A stretch of 15,101 nt of DNA from Chlamydiia bacterium. GTDB taxonomy: Bacteria; Chlamydiota; Chlamydiia; Chlamydiales; RGXB01. Both the position numbers and the translations under genes were made by a program. The DNA is taken from the NCBI GenBank assembly GCA_040382515.1, contig JBEIFH010000026.1, positions 1 through 15,101 on the forward strand. Direction: 5' to 3'. Positions within the stretch are counted from its first letter, which is position 1, and the number at the start of each line of letters is the position of its first letter. The notes beneath the pieces were generated by a model, which did no database searches, had not been told where the DNA came from, and saw only the letters and a program-made list of their open reading frames with translations. Positions 1-5,963 of the stretch are shown here, one piece after another.

Positions 1-1172
1 TCCTCATCGGTGCTATTAAAACTGATCGCAAACAGGGCCAACTTTAAGAAGGGGTAAAAGGGGGATCCGCCCCTTTTTTCCAATTCCTCTAGAAACACTC
101 TTTTGTTCTGTCCTTCCAAAGCTTCGATGAATTTTCCAAGAACAATCTCTGCAATAAAGGTTTTTTTCTCCTCGGCATCCAAAGAATCAAATTCATCCAA
201 GAGTGCTACAGGATTTAAATCGCTCTGCTCCAGGCGAAAATGCTTCGCAAGGAGGATATTGGTGATCTCAGAGCAAGGAATGTGCAACCCCCGTTTACGG
301 TGGGCTCTAACCCAATCCGAAATAGCAAAAGCTCTTTGTAAGGGCTGGTTAGGATACACAAGAGAAGTATAGCTTTTATCAGCATCGGGCGCACTGCAAT
401 GGGTGTTCAAGAAATGCATTAAGTAATCGTTATGCCTTGAGTAAAACTGCCGTCGTTCACCAAGCTTCAGCTGATGCATCACCAGCTCGTAGGCTAAACA
501 TTCTGTAGAATCCCCATTGTAGAAGGGTACTATTTCGTTTAAAATTTTTGCATTTTCACGGCAGAGCTCGGGTAGACTATCCTTTAAAATCGGCAGCACT
601 TCAGTAAGGGCTTCACTACCAAAAATGGCCGCATCAATCAACAAATCACTAGGGCTGGATTTTTCTAGTATCTCTCGGAGCGGAGAGTTCCCTATCTTTT
701 TGAGCAGCTCTGTTCTAAGCGGAAAAAGACCGGGCTGTTTTTCTAGAATGTACTTTCTTTGACTAAAACCCAGCCTGTAAAATAAAGATTTTTCATATAC
801 ACCCGATCTTTCAAAGGCTTTGGATCCTATGAGAGCCAATCGGAAAGCCTGGGCGCTCATCACAACATCCCCGTCTTTAAATGGGATGTGCTCTACCCTA
901 TCGATGAAAGAACTTACATATGGATCAGGCCGGGACTCTTTTTCCCGGTTTTCAAACCCCATCCCTAAATCGGGAGCCGGAAGATAATCCTGTACGATGC
1001 GAAAAAACCCCCTATAGAGCGGCATCTCCTTTCCATTTTTGAAAAACTTTTTGGCAAACCTGTCCACAAGGGCAGGTATTTGTCGAATGTCTAGCGGATT
1101 GTCAAAATCAACGTCATCTCCATCAAATTCGATCCAAGAAGCCCACGTCTCAACAGCCCGATCAATAGTCAT
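1..1172 (-). CDS. Hypothetical protein, >=390 aa, 3'-partial (runs off the left edge of the window)
   Basis: Manual translation gives a stop-free minus frame from ATG at 1172 to the window edge: MTIDRAVETWASWIEFDGDDVDFDNPLDIRQIPALVDRFAKKFF...RGGSPFYPFLKLALFAISFNSTDE. The frame stays open upstream to TAA at 1236-1238, so the start is uncertain. Absent from the ORF track, presumably because it has no stop inside the window. No motif recognised; L/E/K-rich, probably helical. Confidence 0.85.
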   Translation of the reverse strand, partial: MTIDRAVETWASWIEFDGDDVDFDNPLDIRQIPALVDRFAKKFFKNGKEMPLYRGFFRIVQDYLPAPDLGMGFENREKESRPDPYVSSFIDRVEHIPFKDGDVVMSAQAFRLALIGSKAFERSGVYEKSLFYRLGFSQRKYILEKQPGLFPLRTELLKKIGNSPLREILEKSSPSDLLIDAAIFGSEALTEVLPILKDSLPELCRENAKILNEIVPFYNGDSTECLAYELVMHQLKLGERRQFYSRHNDYLMHFLNTHCSAPDADKSYTSLVYPNQPLQRAFAISDWVRAHRKRGLHIPCSEITNILLAKHFRLEQSDLNPVALLDEFDSLDAEEKKTFIAEIVLGKFIEALEGQNKRVFLEELEKRGGSPFYPFLKLALFAISFNSTDE

Positions 1173-1442
1173 ACGAAATCTTTTGTTAGAAATTTGCCCA
1201 AAAGGGATTTTTTGCTTTTTTCGGATCCTTAACCTTTAAAAAAAGGTTTGCCAAAGGAGATCTATTTTCCCACCTTGGCATGGCGGATATTTTACAGGGG
1301 CCACCCTTTTTAAGAAATACAATAAAAAATTCTACAAAAGAGGTGTCCGATTCTTGAAAACCTATTTTTTTGACTCCCACGTTTATCCCTCTCTCGCTTA
1401 GTATTAAAGACTCAAAGGGCAAATTCCAAAAAAAGGCTTTAG

Positions 1443-1889
1443 ATGACTTCGATTGAAAAAAAGCTCCACTTGGGCATTTATGGCTTGATAGTAGAAAACA
1501 AAACGATTCTTGTGATCCGTAAATCCCGCGGCCCCTATAAGGGTATGTTTGACCTCCCCGGGGGTAGACCCATCCACGGTGAGGATCTATTAACGGCTTT
1601 GACAAGAGAGATTGAGGAGGAGACCGGCATAAAAGCCAAAAGCTTCTCCTTTTTCGGCAATTTTTCCCACCTCGTTCCCTACAGGGATGACGGAGGTCGC
1701 CTGATGGAATTGTACCACGTTGCGCTGGTCTACCAAATCGAAACTATGGATGTAGAAAACCTCAACCACGCAATCAGTGCCGAGGATGTAGAGGGCAGTT
1801 TATGGATCGATATTCACAAATTAAAGAAGGCCGCCTGTTCACTCCCTTTGATAAGTGTTCTAGAAAGCCTCGGTGCCACCGAGCATTAG
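1443..1889 (+). CDS. NUDIX hydrolase (MutT-like), substrate unknown
   Basis: Exact Nudix box GX5EX7REUXEEXGU (G-RPIHG-E-DLLTALT-RE-I-E-EE-T-G-I), preceded by the typical ILVIRK...GPYKGMFDLPGG segment; 148 aa. Confidence 0.95.
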   Translation: MTSIEKKLHLGIYGLIVENKTILVIRKSRGPYKGMFDLPGGRPIHGEDLLTALTREIEEETGIKAKSFSFFGNFSHLVPYRDDGGRLMELYHVALVYQIETMDVENLNHAISAEDVEGSLWIDIHKLKKAACSLPLISVLESLGATEH

Positions 1890-1953
1890 TCCCCCTCCTT
1901 TTGAGCGTCCGGCAAAAAGCTCTTTTTTAAAAGGGGTGTCTCTTATCCAAAAT

Positions 1954-1977
1954 AAAACCCCACCTAGGTGGGGTTTT
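1954..1977. terminator. Bidirectional intrinsic terminator
   Basis: Perfect 24-bp palindrome AAAACCCCACCT-AGGTGGGGTTTT with A/T tracts on both sides, between the convergent NUDIX gene and 2026..2427(-). Confidence 0.85.
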
Positions 1978-2025
1978 TCGGCTCTTGTGGTAAAAGCCTT
2001 ACGAAGGGCTGATTTAAAAATTTTT

Positions 2026-2427
2026 TTAAAAAACGTATGCAGTCGCACGATTTGGACAATCTACTTCTTTATTTATGAACAAAGTTGCTGCGATGCTTAA
2101 AAATAGATTGCTTACTTTATAAGGGGTACCTAGACAACGCCCGGCCGCTTGAGTAAAAACCTTATAGACTGCTCCCCAAAGCACGCAGTTGACAAGAGCG
2201 GCAATCAATTCGTTTTCAGGAAAAGTATTTTTTAATACGGAACGCATCAGGGCGTCGATTAGGGTCATCGACGCTGCAATTCCTGCCCCAGCCAAAGCCA
2301 TATTCCTGGGAGCCCCTAATGAAATTTTTATAGCTGCCGTCACTAGAGCCCCTTGCATGGCTTTTTGAGGTATTTTGTTTGGAAGTTCTTGTATAAACGC
2401 ATTTAAAGAATTAAATTGTACTGACAT
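2026..2427 (-). CDS. Hypothetical membrane protein, 133 aa
   Basis: ATG with AGGAG about 10 nt upstream (taggagtcattttaatATG). Several Ala/Gly/Leu-rich hydrophobic segments (GALVTAAIKISLG...ALAGAGIAASMTLI; LIAALVNCVLWGAVY; LFLSIAATLFI). Terminator downstream. Confidence 0.8.
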   Translation of the reverse strand: MSVQFNSLNAFIQELPNKIPQKAMQGALVTAAIKISLGAPRNMALAGAGIAASMTLIDALMRSVLKNTFPENELIAALVNCVLWGAVYKVFTQAAGRCLGTPYKVSNLFLSIAATLFINKEVDCPNRATAYVF

Positions 2428-2534
2428 ATTAAAATGACTCCTATTAACTGAAGTATTTTACAAAAACATTTGATTAATTCCAACGGAAACAATAGGGTGC
2501 TACTCCTTATCAATCTCCAAAAAATTAAATTTTT

Positions 2535-2726
2535 TTTTGAACTCCGGATCAACCGCACCTCGTACTCATGAGATGTAGGTAAATCGGGCCGGTCGTAGAC
2601 GATTCTTTTTTAAAAGGGATGCTGTGCAAGAGGGGCGTAGCACAAAAGGCGCTCGAGTGTTGCACCAAGTAGGTTAGATCTATTGGGGCCTAGATGGCTC
2701 GGCGAGGGCGCCTTTGGATCTCAAAA
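2535..2726. ncRNA. Candidate structured non-coding RNA (long irregular rod, 6S-like geometry); unconfirmed
   Basis: GC-rich island in AT-rich intergenic DNA, no convincing ORF, nested complementary segments about a common axis near 2632 (see findings). No Rfam consensus motif recognised by eye. Confidence 0.3.
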
Positions 2727-2733
2727 GAAGGGG

Positions 2734-3339
2734 TTAGTTTGCAGGCCCCTTTTTTCCTATGCAGCTAAATAAATGAGCTATCCTGGGGGTTGTTGTTTCA
2801 ACAATGGATGCAAAAAGGGGTACCAGGCTTAAGGTGATCGGGTTATTTGTATTTTTTCCAATATATAAAACTACGCTGGTATAGGAAATGACACTTATGA
2901 TTTTCACTATTCGATTCGGATTTAAAGGATGTTCTGTCGATGGATCCTGAACTTTAGTCTTTAGTAAAGATGTGTAATTTGTAAGAATCTTTTTTTCGAG
3001 CCCTTGGTCGTCAATTAAAGTACATAGATAGAATGAGGCAATAAAAGAGCGACTAAAAAAACTGTTGCTCACACTGTATGCTTTGTAAGCCAAAGCAGTT
3101 GTCGCAGTTAAAACCAACAGCTGTTCTTTTAAATTTTTTACAGGGTTTTCCTCGCAACTTCCATGCAGCTTTATTTGAAGACTTTTTATCTCGGGAGAAA
3201 ATCCCGATACCATACCAAAAAGTAACCCTGAAAGTGAAGCTAGTGCGTCCCCTGGGGTGGAGACGGAACGAAAAAAGGCTCTTAATAGAAAGCACCCGTT
3301 TGCATACTGAACTCCATTTTGGAAAGCAGACAGACTCAT
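2734..3339 (-). CDS. Hypothetical membrane protein, 201 aa
   Basis: ATG preceded by AAAGGTG. Paired hydrophobic stretches (CFLLRAFF/LASLSGLLFGMV; LLVLTATTALAY/FIASFYLCTLI; IISVISYTSVVLYI/ITLSLVPLFASIV). No family recognised. Confidence 0.8.
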   Translation of the reverse strand: MSLSAFQNGVQYANGCFLLRAFFRSVSTPGDALASLSGLLFGMVSGFSPEIKSLQIKLHGSCEENPVKNLKEQLLVLTATTALAYKAYSVSNSFFSRSFIASFYLCTLIDDQGLEKKILTNYTSLLKTKVQDPSTEHPLNPNRIVKIISVISYTSVVLYIGKNTNNPITLSLVPLFASIVETTTPRIAHLFSCIGKKGPAN

Positions 3340-3560
3340 AATTACACCTTTATTTTTTAGATTATGTAAATATTACGTAAAAAAAGAAAAAAAGGTAGAA
3401 AAGTTTTAAAACAAAAACGGTATGCAAACGTTTTTAACATTTGTTTCGCACCCATCCCAAAATCGTCCCCTACATTTTTAAAGTCGCTAAACCTCTTTTC
3501 ATTGGGGGGGAGCAAGATTTGTTCTCCCCTTAAAAATCAGGATCGACTATAGAGAAAAAG

Positions 3561-3725
3561 ATGTTTCGAAAAAAAAATAGCTCAAATGATATTTGGTTAC
3601 GCTTTTTTGCCGTTCTCATGATTGTTTCTACTCTTATCCTTTTTTACCTCTCTTTTGAAATGTTAAAAAGGGATTACTTGTTCAAAACGGGAGTTCCAAA
3701 AAAAGAGACCTCCCCAAATAAATAA
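3561..3725 (+). CDS. Small single-pass membrane protein, 54 aa
   Basis: Manual translation MFRKKNSSNDIWLRFFAVLMIVSTLILFYLSFEMLKRDYLFKTGVPKKETSPNK*. Basic N-terminus, 18-residue uncharged hydrophobic helix, polar tail, purine-rich AGAGAAAAAG upstream. Below the ORF-track length cutoff. Confidence 0.6.
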   Translation: MFRKKNSSNDIWLRFFAVLMIVSTLILFYLSFEMLKRDYLFKTGVPKKETSPNK

Positions 3726-3883
3726 ATCCTTCTTGGATACAACGCTTTTTTCAATATAATTTATTTTTATAACATATAAAGAAAAATTCACAAATAAATT
3801 GCGTCTACTGCTACAGTTTTTATCGTCATTGAAGGTAGGGTAAAATCTCTTTCGTGCAATAAATAAATATAAAAGGAAATATT

Positions 3884-4318
3884 ATGGGTGCACCTTCATC
3901 AGTAACAGGCCACATGATACAGCTTTCAAATGAGGCTTTTAGCTCTTCATTTGAAGGTTTCATGTCGGGAATAGGACAGTATCTTGTGTTCAGCAAAACA
4001 TTTGATCAAGATAGAATCATCAACATTACAGCTCAGGCCCTCTTTGCAGGGGGATTGCTATTGAATCTTTATCGGCAAATAAAAACGGATGGAATCATAA
4101 AAGGATCCGCTCGTTCACTAAAGAGCTATTTTATTCAGCAAATTGGATTTTCTTCACTTAAATTGGGTGTAAGCCAGTCACGAAAGATCAACTTATTAGG
4201 TAGCAGCAGCCGAATGGTCCAAATTTTCGTCGGTTTGCTTGTTTTTGGAAGAAATGGAATAGCCGACTTTCTACATTCAAGAATAATCCGACCGAAACCT
4301 AACCAACAAGAAGAATAA
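3884..4318 (+). CDS. Hypothetical protein, 144 aa, with hydrophobic segments
   Basis: AAAGGA RBS just upstream of the ATG; own terminator at 4326; Ser-rich N-terminus; hydrophobic stretches ITAQALFAGGLLLNLY and MVQIFVGLLVFG. Confidence 0.8.
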   Translation: MGAPSSVTGHMIQLSNEAFSSSFEGFMSGIGQYLVFSKTFDQDRIINITAQALFAGGLLLNLYRQIKTDGIIKGSARSLKSYFIQQIGFSSLKLGVSQSRKINLLGSSSRMVQIFVGLLVFGRNGIADFLHSRIIRPKPNQQEE

Positions 4319-4325
4319 TTTAAGT

Positions 4326-4348
4326 AAAGCCCCCAACAGGGGGCTTTT
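4326..4348 (+). terminator. Intrinsic terminator
   Basis: AAAGCCCCC-aaca-GGGGGCTTT-T, starting 7 nt after the stop of 3884..4318. Confidence 0.85.
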
Positions 4349-4557
4349 AAGTTGCTAGAAATGAAAAATCAACCCCCTCTTATTGCCCAAGAAAAAACCT
4401 TATCGACCCTTTCTCCCTGATTTTCAATAGTTTGCACCCGTTTCAATCTTACCTTACCCTTTCTAGATGCACTTCTGATAGCTCGCGGAGTACCCTTTTT
4501 TTAAGCGCTTGATAAATCCCGTTTTTTTAATTTTTTACCTTTTTTTAAATAAATTAC

Positions 4558-4586
4558 TTGAAAAATTAATTTATAAAATGTAAAAT
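4558..4586 (+). promoter_or_regulatory. Putative sigma70-type promoter for 4630..5106
   Basis: TTGAAA (4558-4563), 17-bp spacer, TAAAAT (4581-4586), with AT-rich upstream sequence. RBS GAGGT at 4620-4624. The region is AT-rich, so a chance match is possible. Confidence 0.6.
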
Positions 4587-4629
4587 GAATAACGAGGGGT
4601 ATTGTCCTCCAAGTAACATGAGGTAAAAA

Positions 4630-5106
4630 ATGCACACAGCAACTATTGCTAACGAATCTCCAATTGATTGGATCAAAAAAGAATTAGAAAAAGTTGAAGC
4701 TACCGTTAAAGCCGATGTAGAAAAGGCTGTACAAACAGTCCGTTCCGATATCGCGGATTACATCGACAAAAACGCCCAGTCTTTAGCTGATAAAGCCAAA
4801 TCTCTTATAGAAGAAGCAGGTTCGAGTGTAGAGGCCGAAATTAGTAAAATTTCCGACATGGTGCGACAAGACGTAGACACAGCGGTGACAACCGTGGTTG
4901 CTGACGTATGTAACTTCCTAGGTATAGATCCCGACACTGCTAAAAAAGTGGAAACTGAAATCCAAGCCAAGATCGATAACGCCATGACCGGCGCTACGAC
5001 CAAGATCGAAGCTGCATTGAAAAAGTTTGTGGATGGGGAAGGTCAAAAAGCAGACACATCTATCGCAACTATTTTGCATGACCTTGCAAAGAAAATCCGC
5101 GGTTAA
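4630..5106 (+). CDS. Amphipathic all-helical protein with internal duplication (apolipoprotein/LEA-like character), 158 aa
   Basis: Strong RBS, promoter and terminator. A/D/E/K/V/T-rich with few aromatics. Residues 15-45 repeat at 67-97. Confidence 0.9.
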   Translation: MHTATIANESPIDWIKKELEKVEATVKADVEKAVQTVRSDIADYIDKNAQSLADKAKSLIEEAGSSVEAEISKISDMVRQDVDTAVTTVVADVCNFLGIDPDTAKKVETEIQAKIDNAMTGATTKIEAALKKFVDGEGQKADTSIATILHDLAKKIRG

Positions 5107-5116
5107 TTTTTTACCA

Positions 5117-5144
5117 AAAAACCCTCCTGATCAGGAGGGTTTTT
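5117..5144. terminator. Bidirectional intrinsic terminator
   Basis: Perfect 28-bp palindrome AAAAACCCTCCTGA-TCAGGAGGGTTTTT between the convergent 4630..5106(+) and glpF(-). Confidence 0.9.
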
Positions 5145-5178
5145 ACTTTTCTTTTTGTTTTGAAAAACAAATCGGTTC

Positions 5179-5907
5179 TTAATTGACAAGAGCTATGATA
5201 CCGTATTTGAAAGCGGCTGCCCCTAAAACAGCACCAAAAAGGGGACCTAAAAAAGGGATCCACGCATAGTGCCATTCTGATGCGGGCTTATCGGGATATG
5301 AGATCAATTGATGCAATAACCTAGGGCAAAAATCTCTCACCGGGTTAATCGCGTAGCCGGTCGTCCCCCCAAGGGACAAACCTATGGAAAATACAACCAA
5401 TCCTATCATCAACGGCCGCAAGCCAACCGCCAATTGGTTCATCGGATCGATGATCGAAAGCACGGAAATCACGAGAACAAACGTCCCGAGCGCCTCTGTT
5501 AAAAAATTGACCCCTTTAGAGGGATGAACGGGGCTTGTGCAAAAAGACATCAATTTCAACTTGGGATCTTTCAATCTCGTAAAATAGTGGTTTTTATAGA
5601 CTGAAAACACAAAAAAAGCCCCCAAAAAAGCCCCGAGAAATTCCCCAGCAAGATAAGAAGGGACAGACTCCGGGGTTATTTTTCCCAAAAGCATAAACGC
5701 CAAGGTTATTGCCGGATTCATGTGGGCCCCACTTATAGAACCTATCAAATAGATACCCAGCATCACCGCAAGCCCCCAACCGGCCGTGATGACAATCCAC
5801 CCCCCATTCTCCCCTTTAGTACCCGGTAAAATAGCATTTGCAGTGACTCCATTCCCCAAAAGAATTAAAAGGAACGTGCCAAAAACTTCGGCTAAAAATA
5901 TGGACAT
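5179..5907 (-). CDS. glpF: Aquaglyceroporin / glycerol uptake facilitator (MIP family)
   Basis: FLAEVFGT in TM1, SGAHMNPA first box, GYAINPVRD second box with the glyceroporin-diagnostic Asp, six TM segments, adjacent to glpK. Confidence 0.95.
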   Translation of the reverse strand: MSIFLAEVFGTFLLILLGNGVTANAILPGTKGENGGWIVITAGWGLAVMLGIYLIGSISGAHMNPAITLAFMLLGKITPESVPSYLAGEFLGAFLGAFFVFSVYKNHYFTRLKDPKLKLMSFCTSPVHPSKGVNFLTEALGTFVLVISVLSIIDPMNQLAVGLRPLMIGLVVFSIGLSLGGTTGYAINPVRDFCPRLLHQLISYPDKPASEWHYAWIPFLGPLFGAVLGAAAFKYGIIALVN

Positions 5908-5963
5908 GCCCTATCCTAAAAATTTGTTTGACAATTCCGGAAATTTAAACGATCTCTAATAAA

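Noticed and set aside
103..372. Plus-strand 89-aa ORF (also 1039..1239)
   Set aside because: Antisense shadows of the long minus-strand ORF.
1186..1281. Possible frameshifted N-terminal extension (MPRWENRSPLANLFLK...) of the 1..1172 gene via the T TTT TTA slippery heptamer
   Set aside because: A -1 slip leads to the wrong frame, and length changes in the T7 run meet the TAA at 1236-1238. Only a +1 event further downstream would fuse them, and nothing supports that without homologues.
1186..1605. 139-aa minus-strand ORF
   Set aside because: Its 5' part is antisense to the well-supported NUDIX gene and the rest spans the intergenic region; no motifs.
1860..2100. ORFs 1860..2048(-) and 1873..2100(+)
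   Set aside because: They cross a bidirectional terminator and overlap real genes.
3053..3341. ORFs 3053..3295(-) and 3078..3341(+)
   Set aside because: Alternative-frame or antisense to the 201-aa gene, which has the RBS.
4361..4420. 19-codon ORF MKNQPPLIAQEKTLSTLSP
   Set aside because: No RBS, lies right after a terminator, no leader-peptide features.
5928..5960. TTGACA as a complete sigma70 promoter for glpK
   Set aside because: No acceptable -10 hexamer at 16-18-bp spacing; noted only as part of the divergent-region finding.
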